The notes below the pieces were generated by a model, which saw only the letters and a list, made by a program, of their open reading frames with translations, was not told the origin of the DNA and made no database searches. Below, piece by piece: positions 36,281 to 46,294 of a stretch of 64,000 bases of DNA. Origin of the DNA: a virus; the IMG/VR virus record IMGVR_UViG_3300020470_001313, positions 1 to 64,000 of that record; one strand, written 5' to 3'. Position 1 is the stretch's first letter, and each line of letters opens with the position of its first letter. A program made the translations under genes and the position numbers.

Positions 36281-36902
36281 AACTAAAAAAGAATTCCTCA
36301 ATTAGTTTCTTAGACTCTTCCTTACCGAAAGCACTTCCTAGATATCCTGAGATAGGATCTAACCTTATCATATAAGAATCAAAGTCTTTATAACAACTAG
36401 TATCTTCACCAGTTGGTTTTGATTCTTCTATCATGTCTTTATAAAGTGACAGATAATATTTAAATGTTGGTAAGTACGTATCAACCATGTCTGCTTCACA
36501 GTATCTTACAAAGATATTGTCAGAGAAATGATTACCCTTCTCAAAGAAACGATAAGTCTCTGTTGTCTTTGGTAATGGAGGTACTTCTAATAAAAAATTT
36601 TCTACAGGATGCTGGAAGTCAAATACAATTATAACTTTCTTCTGACTGAATCCCATAAGATCCATACCAAAACAAGGAACATTATCTCCTGTCTTAGGAT
36701 AGATTATATTGTTATGAATATTAAGATATTTCTCATCCCAGATGTCAACATGTCTGGACTTAAGAAAATACTTACCAGAATATAAGTCAGCAGTTAACTT
36801 CGTGCCCTTCTTATTCTCCCAGTTAGCATGTTGTTTTTCAAATTTTAGATCAGGAAAGGTGTCAAATACTGCCTTTCTATAGTTCTTCCAAAGATCTTTC
36901 AT
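36273..36902 (-). CDS. pebS: Phycoerythrobilin synthase
   Basis: YPKTG..PCFGMDLM, KKVIIVFDFQHP, YRFFE.GNHFS.NIFVRYC, DFDSYM..LDP. Confidence 0.93.
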   Translation of the reverse strand: MKDLWKNYRKAVFDTFPDLKFEKQHANWENKKGTKLTADLYSGKYFLKSRHVDIWDEKYLNIHNNIIYPKTGDNVPCFGMDLMGFSQKKVIIVFDFQHPVENFLLEVPPLPKTTETYRFFEKGNHFSDNIFVRYCEADMVDTYLPTFKYYLSLYKDMIEESKPTGEDTSCYKDFDSYMIRLDPISGYLGSAFGKEESKKLIEEFFFSYA

Positions 36903-37093
36903 GCATGTATTGTACACGTAGAGGTAGGATCCCAACAATCAGGACAATCCATCTCTTGTTCATAACTATGTAGTTTGTGTATTACTTTGTCGTACTCTTC
37001 GGCGACGCTAGGGTCTTGATTGCCGATAGCACTCTTGTAGTATTCGCATGCACGTAGTATGCGATCAACCTCTTTTTCATGAAACTGCATCAT
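36899..37093 (-). CDS. Hypothetical protein
   Basis: 64 aa, C-terminal CPDC..C..H. Confidence 0.6.
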   Translation of the reverse strand: MMQFHEKEVDRILRACEYYKSAIGNQDPSVAEEYDKVIHKLHSYEQEMDCPDCWDPTSTCTIHA

Positions 37094-37301
37094 CGCGCTC
37101 GGTCTCTTGATTACCGTTGGTCTTATATTTTAGCAGTTTTCTAAGCAATGTCACCTCCTTAAGAAGTGATTTGTTTTCAACCTCTAACTTTTGGATCTCT
37201 TGTTCGTAAACAATAATCATATCTTTTAGATTTAGATTCTCATTCTCTAGTTCCCAGTCCATGTGCGTACTTACTACCCTTGCACCTAAAGGTAGAGTCA
37301 T
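37077..37301 (-). CDS. Small coiled-coil protein (start probably near 37263)
   Basis: Heptad pattern. Confidence 0.6.
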   Translation of the reverse strand: MTLPLGARVVSTHMDWELENENLNLKDMIIVYEQEIQKLEVENKSLLKEVTLLRKLLKYKTNGNQETERDDAVS

Positions 37302-37437
37302 TAATATTTAGGTCTGGTAGAACTATTTACCCACTTAAGAATCTCTTAATCCTTTGCTGGATGGTTCAGAATGTATAACCACACTACACCTAGCACTATA
37401 ATAGCGAACATTCTTATAGAGCTAGGTGAGGTATCAA

Positions 37438-37878
37438 TCACAATGTGTAAGGTTTCTCATCCTTCTTGTTTGGATCAACAGCAATAATCTTTAATGGTGC
37501 TTGTTCTATCCTTAAAGTTTGAACAGGTCCACCATTACCACCACCATTAGGTCCACCATTACCATTACCTGCCATCTTCATAGTGCCATCACCTTTCTTA
37601 GAAGCAGTCTGAATTCCGAAGCTAGCTAAAACCCCAGTAAAAACTGAAGCTATGAAAGTCGGATCTATTTTTTGTTGAGGTACACCAGGAATCGCCACAT
37701 AATTAAGAGTCAATATTCCTCCTGACCACACCAAGACCCCAAGCCTAACCATGCTAGAAAGCAATGCTGCTTGCTCTTCTTGATCTGGAAGAATAGCATC
37801 CTTTATTTTACCAAAGGCACCCTTCTTTTTCTCTTCCTGTTCTTCCTCTTCTACAAGGACTTCTTCTTTATCTGCCAT
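37438..37878 (-). CDS. Membrane protein with Gly/Asn linker
   Basis: Two TM segments, IDPTFIASVFTGVLASFG. Confidence 0.8.
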   Translation of the reverse strand: MADKEEVLVEEEEQEEKKKGAFGKIKDAILPDQEEQAALLSSMVRLGVLVWSGGILTLNYVAIPGVPQQKIDPTFIASVFTGVLASFGIQTASKKGDGTMKMAGNGNGGPNGGGNGGPVQTLRIEQAPLKIIAVDPNKKDEKPYTL

Positions 37879-38307
37879 TTAAGCCTCCGTGGTTGTTTTC
37901 TTTTTTCCAATGTTGTATTTGGACTCAAGATCCCAATCACCTTTTTCCTTGTAGGATATAATTTTAATCTGACTCAGTGGAGCAGTATCTAATATAGAAT
38001 CTTTCTTAGGAACATCAACTAAACCCCAATCGGATAGTAGTTGTACAATCCTGTTTCTCCTCTGTACATCATTTTGAGATAGATTTGTCCGTTTGCCATC
38101 TAAGGCAAACAACTCTTTGAAATGAACTATGTAATACTGTCCCTTCTTATGTAAGATGTGACAAGATTGATATAGTTTCTTTTCTTTTCTAGAAGCTACT
38201 CCAATACGTGTGAGAGTTTCACGTACCTTTAGAAAATCATCAGGTTCCCTAAGTGTAACCTCTATCATATCGTTTTTAGACCACGATATATCCTGTTCCT
38301 CGCTCAT
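37879..38307 (-). CDS. regA: Translational repressor RegA
   Basis: DDFLKVRETLTRIG, LYQSCHILHK.G.YYIVHFKELF. Confidence 0.98.
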   Translation of the reverse strand: MSEEQDISWSKNDMIEVTLREPDDFLKVRETLTRIGVASRKEKKLYQSCHILHKKGQYYIVHFKELFALDGKRTNLSQNDVQRRNRIVQLLSDWGLVDVPKKDSILDTAPLSQIKIISYKEKGDWDLESKYNIGKKKTTTEA

Positions 38308-38684
38308 GTTAATCCTCCAGTATTCAGTTTTGATTTAATATAGTCAAGTTGTTGCGGGGACAATAGGGATATGGCTTGTCTTGCTTTTTCTATGGAGTAT
38401 CCATAGTATTTTTGAACAAGTTCAAGGTTCTCAACCGTGTCCTTTTTACCCCAAGGAGAGAAACGCTTCCTTGGTCTAACCGTATTTATATAAAAATCGT
38501 ACTGTAATTTAGATGGAAGATTTGTGCAACGATTCATCTCATTAGCATGCATCACAGTGTCTATGTGATGTGACATACACTTATTAATAATATAAGCAGG
38601 ATACCCCTTCTCATTGAGGGGATCCTGATCCATTAGGTTATCTTTAGTTGTATTAATACTATTAAGATAATCTTTAAGTTGCAT
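38304..38684 (-). CDS. g62: Clamp loader small subunit gp62
   Basis: YIINKCMS, ANEMN, LQYDFY, YYGYS. Confidence 0.93.
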   Translation of the reverse strand: MQLKDYLNSINTTKDNLMDQDPLNEKGYPAYIINKCMSHHIDTVMHANEMNRCTNLPSKLQYDFYINTVRPRKRFSPWGKKDTVENLELVQKYYGYSIEKARQAISLLSPQQLDYIKSKLNTGGLT

Positions 38685-38880
38685 TAGATTCCTGAATTGC
38701 CTCTTTAATAACAGTTTTAAGTTGTCTTAGTTTCTTTTTACCAAGACCTGCTCTTGTATCAATTTGTACCTTCAACCAGTATACAAATGCAAGAACAATA
38801 ATAAATTGAATGCCTTCACTCCAAGACATATTCCATGCTTCATTAAGATCTAATGAGGCAGCAGCTAATAGGTTAATCAT
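38674..38880 (-). CDS. Small membrane protein
   Basis: 68 aa, one TM helix. Confidence 0.65.
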   Translation of the reverse strand: MINLLAAASLDLNEAWNMSWSEGIQFIIVLAFVYWLKVQIDTRAGLGKKKLRQLKTVIKEAIQESNAT

Positions 38881-39019
38881 TTAATACAGCAGTGACACCA
38901 AGTATTCTGGCGTTAGGGTTTCTAGCAAGAGCGACTTCTCTTGCTTCATCGTAGTTGCGACAGATTACTTTCTCAGTAAAAACTGTTCCAGCAACATAGA
39001 GCTTGACTTCACATTTCAT
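38873..39019 (-). CDS. Hypothetical protein (48 aa, not in track)
   Basis: MKCEVKLYVAGTVFTEKVICRNYDEAREVALARNPNARILGVTAVLND. Confidence 0.7.
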   Translation of the reverse strand: MKCEVKLYVAGTVFTEKVICRNYDEAREVALARNPNARILGVTAVLND

Positions 39020-39842
39020 AGTTCATTAGTACCAACTCTTTACGTTCGTTCTGATCTTTCATGTAGTCACCCACAGAACGCATGGTATAAGTGTGACTAA
39101 ATTCAGCAGCGACCCAGTACTTGAAGCGATCCCTCACGCACTGACTACTATTATAACTGATCATTTGCTTGCAACAGTAATTGTCACAAGATGATGCAAA
39201 AGCATCATGATCAAAGTACTTATGCATGTCACCCTTCTTACCATAGAGTTTGTCTCCAATCTCATATGGTGGATCTAGATAAACAAATGCTTCAGGAGTG
39301 TCATCCAATAAAGCACCAAAATGATAATTGGTTATCTGCCAATTCTGAATCAGTTCACTATAACTAGGGAGTTTTTCAATCCCTCGCATTGAGAAGTTGG
39401 ATTCACTTGCTTGTTTGGAGAATGAGGATGACTCAGTAAGACCACTAAAAGAACACTTGTTAACGATGTAAAAAGCCACGGCTCTGTCTTTGTCACTTTC
39501 ATTTCTGTTATTGATTATATCTTTCTGAGATCTAAACAATTTACCAGCAGAAAGTGGTTCATTATTCTCTTGCTTGAAAGTCTTTAGTTGTTCATACAAA
39601 TAATTACCTTCATCTCTGAGAATAGACCAGAAATTATACAAGGGTTCATACAGATCATTAACCCATATTTTAAGTTTAGGGTAAGTCTTAGTAATGTGGA
39701 TTGCCATAGACCCACCACCTAAGAATGGTTCACGATAGATCGTATACTTAGATAGATCAGGAATCCATTGTGCTAGCTTAGGCACTGCACGAGACTTACC
39801 ACCAGGATAACGAAGTGGTGTTTTTAAACCTTTAAGACTCAT
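39009..39842 (-). CDS. dam: DNA adenine methyltransferase
   Basis: PLRYPGGKS, EPFLGGGS, YLDPPY. Confidence 0.95.
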   Translation of the reverse strand: MSLKGLKTPLRYPGGKSRAVPKLAQWIPDLSKYTIYREPFLGGGSMAIHITKTYPKLKIWVNDLYEPLYNFWSILRDEGNYLYEQLKTFKQENNEPLSAGKLFRSQKDIINNRNESDKDRAVAFYIVNKCSFSGLTESSSFSKQASESNFSMRGIEKLPSYSELIQNWQITNYHFGALLDDTPEAFVYLDPPYEIGDKLYGKKGDMHKYFDHDAFASSCDNYCCKQMISYNSSQCVRDRFKYWVAAEFSHTYTMRSVGDYMKDQNERKELVLMNYEM

Positions 39843-40029
39843 CTCGGTAAGCTTCCTCTGCTTTTTCTAAGAATGGTGCAACTGTTATTAGATTCTCTAT
39901 GTTAGATAACATATCAGCAATGTGCTTACTGATGTATGGTTTCTCAGTTCTTGCTGCAAATGCTAATGCATTTCTGAGATCTTCTTGTGCTGCTTGTAGA
40001 GAATCTTCTACTTGCTTTGATAAACTCAT
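39832..40029 (-). CDS. Hypothetical protein
   Basis: 65-aa coupled ORF. Confidence 0.7.
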   Translation of the reverse strand: MSLSKQVEDSLQAAQEDLRNALAFAARTEKPYISKHIADMLSNIENLITVAPFLEKAEEAYRDES

Positions 40030-40970
40030 TTAAATTCACACTCCATCATAATTTGTGTTAGACTTGCCAGAAGATTAATCTCCTGATCAGCAACGAATGC
40101 TGCCTTATACTGATAGTCTGCAATAATAAGAACCATTGCTGCTATAGACTGAGGGTTCAGTCTAGTATATAGGGTATCATATACCTTACGATATAGGGCG
40201 GTTATATCATTATCAATGTTCTGTACTACCCACTTCTTAACTGTTGTAAAATTCTTTGCTTTCAATCCCTCTACTAATTGCTCCATAGGAGCATCACCAA
40301 TGACTGATAGAATACCACTATCAATTTTTCCACTGGATCCATAACGCTGAAGTTCATTAAGAACTCTTCTCCAGTCAGGGAAGTACTTCTTGATCAACTC
40401 AGCAACAACCTTCATCTCAAATTCTATATTCTCATTAGCAAGTATATAATTAACACGTTTGAAGAACTGACCTGATATCTCCATCTTATCCTTACCAGTT
40501 ATTCCGAAGTCAACAACCGAACAACGTGAGTGTAAGGGTTCAATAATACGATTCTTATAATTGCACGTAAATATAAAACGACAGTTCTTCTGAAACTCTT
40601 CAATGCTTGCACGTAAGAGTAACTGGACATCATTGGTGGTATTATCCGCTTCATCAATAATAAGTACTTTATGCTTCGCTCCACCAACAAGAGAGACAGT
40701 ACTAGCAAAGGTCTTTGCCTGATTGCGTACAGTGTCCAAGAATCTACCTTCATCCGATCCATTAATGACATAGAAATCTGCTCCTAATTCATTGCACAGT
40801 GCTTTAGCAACTGTTGTCTTACCTATACCAGCAGTACCAGACAATAGTAAGTTTGGTATCTCACCTGCCTCTAAGAAACCTTTGAAGGTATCCTTTATAG
40901 GTTGTGTGAGAATACATTCATCAATTGTTTTAGGTCGGTACTTCTCAACCCAAAGGAAATCATTGTTCAT
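40026..40970 (-). CDS. g44: Clamp loader large subunit gp44
   Basis: LWVEKYRP, GTAGIGKTT, IIDEAD, LHSRC. Confidence 0.98.
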   Translation of the reverse strand: MNNDFLWVEKYRPKTIDECILTQPIKDTFKGFLEAGEIPNLLLSGTAGIGKTTVAKALCNELGADFYVINGSDEGRFLDTVRNQAKTFASTVSLVGGAKHKVLIIDEADNTTNDVQLLLRASIEEFQKNCRFIFTCNYKNRIIEPLHSRCSVVDFGITGKDKMEISGQFFKRVNYILANENIEFEMKVVAELIKKYFPDWRRVLNELQRYGSSGKIDSGILSVIGDAPMEQLVEGLKAKNFTTVKKWVVQNIDNDITALYRKVYDTLYTRLNPQSIAAMVLIIADYQYKAAFVADQEINLLASLTQIMMECEFK

Positions 40971-41524
40971 AATTTTAATCTGCTCTCCAGTTGAGGAGAA
41001 TTAATGTATCCAAAAGAAAGGTTACAACTGATGATGGTCTTTCGTTGATCACCAGTTATGATTGGAGATCTATGTGGCATTGCACCAGGAAAAATAAAAA
41101 TATCTCCTTCTTCAACATCTGGTTGGAACTTCACCATCGTATCATAATCTACGAGTTCTGTACACTCTTTGGGATCTGGAAGTTCAAGATAGTATACAAA
41201 TGCTACAGAGGTTTGACCATGAACATGCCATCCATGCTTATCTCCAGTAGTATATTGTTGATACCATCCATTAAGTAATTGAGAATCTCTCAAACAATAA
41301 TGATCATGGAGTGTAGCATAGAAATCATTCAGATTATTATGAAGCAGTGTTAGATACTGCTTCTCATCTAATGACTTTTCTGCATAGTAATCAGTTCTAG
41401 AAATAGAATCATCTGCACTATAAGGATCATGTTGAACTGTCTTACCTTCAGAGTATTCAATACTCTTTAGTAATGCTGGTTTCAACTCATTATGTAATGG
41501 AAACTTATAAGTCCAGGGTTTCAT
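40967..41524 (-). CDS. 2OG-Fe(II) oxygenase-like protein
   Basis: WYQQY..GDKHGWHVH, VYYLELP, FPGAMPHRSP, RKTIISCN. Confidence 0.85.
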   Translation of the reverse strand: MKPWTYKFPLHNELKPALLKSIEYSEGKTVQHDPYSADDSISRTDYYAEKSLDEKQYLTLLHNNLNDFYATLHDHYCLRDSQLLNGWYQQYTTGDKHGWHVHGQTSVAFVYYLELPDPKECTELVDYDTMVKFQPDVEEGDIFIFPGAMPHRSPIITGDQRKTIISCNLSFGYINSPQLESRLKL

Positions 41525-42177
41525 TATGGTTCTAGAGCGATCCAGTACTTAACATTATCACCTTGAAAGAGTGCTACATTAGCATCACTAATAGTAACCT
41601 GATACTCACAAGGTACTAACTTTAAATTCTCAATCTTAAAACAATAGCAGTAATCCTTATCAGTCTCACCAACTTCTACTGAGTACGTATTGGATGTATC
41701 ATTCTTCTTATCAGTCACACACAAACGCATCTTACCATCACGACCATATAAGCATAGATCAGGAACCTGATACACTGCTGCTGCACGTTGTAGTGAGTTT
41801 AGATTCTCAGGTGTAAGAGTAAAAGTTACATCCTCAGATGGTAGTGTGATATCCTGATCAGGTGGTTGCACGATCACATCAGGATCAGCATAGAAGAACT
41901 TAGTCTTAGACTTACCAGTGCTATCACTTACAGATAGATACTGACTGTTGCTAGTATCAAACTGAGGTTGATCAAATAGACTAAGACATCCTAGAAAAGA
42001 ACTTAGATCATAGATAGAAATCTGACTATCAATGTTTTCTTCCACCGAAGCTTCAGCAAGAATGTTCTTGTTAACACTCAAGGTCTTGATAGTACTTCCT
42101 GGTTTAATTACAATAGACTTGTTGATACTGCTGAAGTTCTTCAGGATATCAATGGTCTCTCTGGAAATTACTGTCAT
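41524..42177 (-). CDS. g45: Sliding clamp gp45
   Basis: LKNFSSINKSI, IYDLSSFL, FKIENLK, YWIALEP. Confidence 0.96.
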   Translation of the reverse strand: MTVISRETIDILKNFSSINKSIVIKPGSTIKTLSVNKNILAEASVEENIDSQISIYDLSSFLGCLSLFDQPQFDTSNSQYLSVSDSTGKSKTKFFYADPDVIVQPPDQDITLPSEDVTFTLTPENLNSLQRAAAVYQVPDLCLYGRDGKMRLCVTDKKNDTSNTYSVEVGETDKDYCYCFKIENLKLVPCEYQVTISDANVALFQGDNVKYWIALEP

Positions 42178-42491
42178 TTGTCGTAGTCTACTGCGAAGGC
42201 GGTTGAATTGTTAGCGTTAAGACGGTCTGCTGCTTCACGCTTATCATTGAAGTGTAGAAGAAGGATACCGTAGTGTATAATTTTTATGATATCTTTACGT
42301 GATGAACCTTTACGATCATAACGTGAAGCATACTTGAGAACATTACTTCTACAGAACGCTTCAGCATCACCTACAGAATCAATAAGGTCAAGAGTCTGAA
42401 CGTTACCGACAGAATAATGACCTTTGTATGTGCTTGAAATATAGTCCGAGATCTCCTTTAGTATCTCGGACTCACTGTACTTGTTACTCAT
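42174..42491 (-). CDS. DUF3310-like conserved phage protein
   Basis: HYS..QTLDLI, FCRSNVLKYASRY..KG..RKDIIKIIHY. Confidence 0.8.
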   Translation of the reverse strand: MSNKYSESEILKEISDYISSTYKGHYSVGNVQTLDLIDSVGDAEAFCRSNVLKYASRYDRKGSSRKDIIKIIHYGILLLHFNDKREAADRLNANNSTAFAVDYDK

Positions 42492-43582
42492 TCTAAGGAC
42501 TTCAGAAGTTGTTCATCTGTTAGTTCCTCTTCATTATACACTGTTTCTTCTCCTGCGTCAACCTTAGTATAAAGATCAAGGAATGACTGCTTAGTATCCT
42601 CATCAAAACGATTGATACAATTGGTTAGTGCCTTCAACTTGTCACCAAAGATGCTATATGCTTGAGCAATATGCACCAAACGTCTGGTGGTTATGATCTC
42701 ATCCACTCCACCATCATAGAATGTTTTACGAATTGCTCCTGCCCACTTAACTAGGTTCTCAGCAAACTCTTTATCACATCCTACATTGAGTAGAATTTTA
42801 GTCTCGGTAACTGGAGTAGGATAGGACTGTTCAAATGTTACTGGGAATCTTTCAAGGAACGCTTCGTTGAGCACGTTAGTTCCAATAAATCTGCCGTCGT
42901 CTGAACCTTTACCTTTAGTATTTGCTGTGGCAACGACTGTGAAACCTTGTGCGGGTCTGACGTACTCTCCGATCTTTTTAAGGAAAATTCCTTTACCTTC
43001 AAGGACGGACTGGAGGCAGAGAATCTTGTTTGAGGCAAGGTCAATTTCGTCAAGGAGCAAGACAGCCCCTCGCTGGAGAGCTTCAACAACAGGTCCGTTG
43101 TGCCAGACGGTATCGCCGTTAACAAGACGGAAGCCCCCAATGAGATCATCTTCATCTGTTTCTATAGTAATGTTTACACGAATCAATTCACGATTGGTTG
43201 CGGCACATGTTTGCTCAACAGAAACAGTCTTACCGTTACCAGATAAACCAGTAATGAATACAGGATAGTATGCTTTGGATTGAATTATTTTTTTAAGATC
43301 ATTATAAGGACCAAATGGTACGAAAGTTTTATCCTTAGTAGGAACCAAACTTACATCCACTGCCTTAGCAGGTGCTTCAAATACTCTTTCAAGATCTGCT
43401 ACTGTGAGATCCCACTTACCTCGTCCAACCTTAAATTGTTTAAGTCTTTTGAAGACTGTCGGTTGACTAACTCCAAACTTATCAACAGCAGCACGGATAG
43501 CAGTAGAACCAAATTCATTACCAAATTTGCGTTTGATGAATTTTGTGATGTCATTGGTTGAAAGTTCAAGTTTTTGTGGCAT
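42488..43582 (-). CDS. cobS: MoxR/CobS-like AAA+ ATPase
   Basis: GLSGNGKT, LLLDEID, ATANTKG, NEAFLERF. Confidence 0.92.
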   Translation of the reverse strand: MPQKLELSTNDITKFIKRKFGNEFGSTAIRAAVDKFGVSQPTVFKRLKQFKVGRGKWDLTVADLERVFEAPAKAVDVSLVPTKDKTFVPFGPYNDLKKIIQSKAYYPVFITGLSGNGKTVSVEQTCAATNRELIRVNITIETDEDDLIGGFRLVNGDTVWHNGPVVEALQRGAVLLLDEIDLASNKILCLQSVLEGKGIFLKKIGEYVRPAQGFTVVATANTKGKGSDDGRFIGTNVLNEAFLERFPVTFEQSYPTPVTETKILLNVGCDKEFAENLVKWAGAIRKTFYDGGVDEIITTRRLVHIAQAYSIFGDKLKALTNCINRFDEDTKQSFLDLYTKVDAGEETVYNEEELTDEQLLKSLE

Positions 43583-43606
43583 GTTTTCTCTTTTGTTTAT
43601 ATAAAC

Positions 43607-43651
43607 ATTATAGCAGTTTTCATACTATAATGGTGGGGTGAGTGGACAGTT
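43607..43651 (-). promoter_or_regulatory. Early promoter with AACTGTCCAC upstream box and TGCTATAAT extended -10
   Basis: Same AACTGTCCAC box and TGnTATAAT recur at 46075-46118. Confidence 0.7.
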
Positions 43652-43897
43652 TCACCACTGTTCCCCCTTGTATGTGGTGGACGCTGCTAGATCATTTAAA
43701 GAATCAGTAGCAATAGTTTCCTGACCCTCAGATCCACCTGATACTGGGTGAGGATGATCCTTCATAAAAGCATTAGGAAATGCCTTCTGGAAATTTAAAC
43801 ACGCTCTTGCTTGAGTAGGTGCATACAGATGACCAGAGTACAACTTCTCACGATCTTCTTTATAATAGTATTCAAACTCCCACTTAGGTAACGTCAT
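43652..43897 (-). CDS. Hypothetical protein
   Basis: 81-aa coupled ORF. Confidence 0.6.
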   Translation of the reverse strand: MTLPKWEFEYYYKEDREKLYSGHLYAPTQARACLNFQKAFPNAFMKDHPHPVSGGSEGQETIATDSLNDLAASTTYKGEQW

Positions 43898-46053
43898 GCG
43901 ATTTGCTCCACAAACTTATTAAGAATTAACTTGTTTGTCATCTTAGAACCCATGTGCTTTTTGAATGCTCTAGTAAGTTCTCCTGCGGTGGCAGTCTCAC
44001 CTTTAACCTTTACATCAAGATCATTAGTATCACCACCCACATTGGATGATCCTAGGATAAGTAATTCACTGTACCCATATTTATCAGTAGATACAAATTT
44101 CTGCTTAGACCATTGCTTATTGTAATCTTGCTGATCCGACCAAGAAATATCTGCCTGACGTAAGATTCTATTCATATCACCCTTGTCACCTATACGAATA
44201 CCAATCCAATTATAATCTGTAACCTGATTAACAAATCCTACAATCTCTCTTGTTGTTAAACTATATGTTGTATTAATTTTCTTGGATAAACCTGTTTCCT
44301 TATCACGTAAGATGAATACTTTACTATGACAATTTTGCATATAGGCACTACGAAATTCACGATTTTCCCAATCACACTTAGTTAAGTATGACATTGGATT
44401 TGAATCACCATCACTTAGAACAACCACATTAACTTTATCAACCTTCTCAATTGCTTTAAACTTATTAACTAAAGTACGAGTACAAATAACTGCATCTGCT
44501 AATGGTGTACCACCAAGATTATATTTCTGCATAGGTCTGCAACCCCAACTGTATCTCATTCCCCATGCTTGAGTCCAGATATATTTCATCATTAATTCAA
44601 GATCACGATTGTTCATCTTGTTACTGAAGAACTCAAACAACTGAAATTGTTCAGTAAGTGAAAGTGTATTCTCCTTCTCAACATATGTTTCAAGTTTCTC
44701 TCCACCCCATCCATTAGAAAAGGCATATACTCTAAATGGAATGTTTACTTTCTTACAGAACCAGATTAGATTAAATGTTTGCTTAAGAGTATCAGTAAGA
44801 AGTGTACCTGAAGGTGTAGTAGTGGTCATAGAACCTGACCAGTCAAGATGCATTATTAGACCATGATTCTTACCATCTGCTACAGTAGTAACTCTCTTAA
44901 AAATATCCTCACTGATCTTATACTTGTATAATGAATTGGTATTGATAACTCCAGTCTTAGAAGTTGCTGCACGTTGATAATTAGCAGCAGACTTTTTCAT
45001 CTCAAACTGCTTAACAAGATAGTTAACAGTCTTTACTGATGACTTCTTAAATTCAGTAAATTTTGAAAAATTATATCTGAGATTCTTATCATAATATTCT
45101 TGTGCATTCTGATCAACATGTGCTTGACCTAAGAAATGGTAGTGAAGATCTTCTAATATTTTTTTGTAAGGTACAACAATGTTATCAATTTTAACCTTTG
45201 GAAGATCTACGTAGACCCATTCCTTAGCAGAATCATCAACCAATTGCTGCTGTGCTTCTGCCATTGCTTTATCAGTATGAGATTCAGTCTCATCATAATC
45301 TTCACCAGCACCGTTAACTGGTGCTTCTATATCCTCACCACCTTCATCTGAAGCTTCTGGTGTCTGACCTTCACCTTTTTCTTCTGAGGTTGGATCAGGA
45401 GAACATGGTTCATACTCAGCATTTTCTTCAATCTCCTGCTTTATCTCATCAGGTAAAGAACCAGCACCCATAGGTGGTACATCAGGTAGTTGCTCTTTCT
45501 CTTTCTCCTTCTGTAATCCCTCACAATATTCATACAACTCATTAGCAAGTTTTACCACATCTTCAAATGTATTAGTCTTACCAGCACGATCAACCCAAAC
45601 CTGCTCTTCCTCAGTAAATTTTATTTCCTGATGTGAACCAATCTTATAGTGAAGATTGATACGATCAATGAAAGGAAGTCTTGCTGGATCTTCTTTACGT
45701 ACACCGAAGAAATCCTTATCATGTAACTCAGTATATCCTGTATAGAATGACTTGCGTAGACCAGGATATGTTACCTTCATCTTCTTCTCAATTCTTACAT
45801 CCTCTATTACATTCACAAAATCCTTTGGAGCATCCCCAAAACAATCAGCAGGGGTGTACAAGGCATGTCCTACCTCGTGCCCTACTAGAAGGTCATATAC
45901 ATCATTACTAACATCCTTCCATATAGGCAGAGCAAGTACACGCTTCTGAACATCAAAATATGCTGTAGCGATCTTACGATGCTCTACATGTAGGTTCTCT
46001 GTAGCAAGTAACTTTGCTAGTTGACCTTTGACATCAGTGTTTACTTCTTGCAT
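43894..46053 (-). CDS. Metallopeptidase-VWA protein (CobT-like partner of MoxR AAA)
   Basis: HEVGH zinc motif, acidic linker, MIDAS DWSGS, GGTPL, LSDG. Confidence 0.9.
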   Translation of the reverse strand: MQEVNTDVKGQLAKLLATENLHVEHRKIATAYFDVQKRVLALPIWKDVSNDVYDLLVGHEVGHALYTPADCFGDAPKDFVNVIEDVRIEKKMKVTYPGLRKSFYTGYTELHDKDFFGVRKEDPARLPFIDRINLHYKIGSHQEIKFTEEEQVWVDRAGKTNTFEDVVKLANELYEYCEGLQKEKEKEQLPDVPPMGAGSLPDEIKQEIEENAEYEPCSPDPTSEEKGEGQTPEASDEGGEDIEAPVNGAGEDYDETESHTDKAMAEAQQQLVDDSAKEWVYVDLPKVKIDNIVVPYKKILEDLHYHFLGQAHVDQNAQEYYDKNLRYNFSKFTEFKKSSVKTVNYLVKQFEMKKSAANYQRAATSKTGVINTNSLYKYKISEDIFKRVTTVADGKNHGLIMHLDWSGSMTTTTPSGTLLTDTLKQTFNLIWFCKKVNIPFRVYAFSNGWGGEKLETYVEKENTLSLTEQFQLFEFFSNKMNNRDLELMMKYIWTQAWGMRYSWGCRPMQKYNLGGTPLADAVICTRTLVNKFKAIEKVDKVNVVVLSDGDSNPMSYLTKCDWENREFRSAYMQNCHSKVFILRDKETGLSKKINTTYSLTTREIVGFVNQVTDYNWIGIRIGDKGDMNRILRQADISWSDQQDYNKQWSKQKFVSTDKYGYSELLILGSSNVGGDTNDLDVKVKGETATAGELTRAFKKHMGSKMTNKLILNKFVEQIA

Positions 46054-46074
46054 TTTCCTCCTTGGTTACACCTA

Positions 46075-46118
46075 TTATAACAGGTATCAAAGTCGGAAGC
46101 AACGCAGGGTGGACAGTT
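46075..46118 (-). promoter_or_regulatory. Early promoter with AACTGTCCAC box, TTGCTT-17-TATAAT
   Basis: GAACTGTCCACCCTGCGTTGCTTCCGACTTTGATACCTGTTATAAT; strong AAGGAGG RBS downstream. Confidence 0.75.
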
Positions 46119-46294
46119 CAATAACTGGGTGTCTCATCTAAAGGTGGTTCCCATACTGGGACGATCTCATGATCTTTAAATCTAACCACACCTTCTCTCA
46201 ATTTCTCTTCAAGTTCATCAACATCTAAACTGTGAGCAACCACCTTAGTTTCACTCTTATCATTTTCATATACGTGGAATGTTAAACTACTCAT
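46118..46294 (-). CDS. Hypothetical protein (58 aa, not in track)
   Basis: MSSLTFHVYENDKSETKVVAHSLDVDELEEKLREGVVRFKDHEIVPVWEPPLDETPSY; ATGA overlap with g46. Confidence 0.65.
   Translation of the reverse strand: MSSLTFHVYENDKSETKVVAHSLDVDELEEKLREGVVRFKDHEIVPVWEPPLDETPSY

Noticed and set aside
42488-43582. Cobalamin biosynthesis role for CobS-like gene
   Set aside because: No cobN or other cob genes in the window; the motifs only support a MoxR-type AAA ATPase
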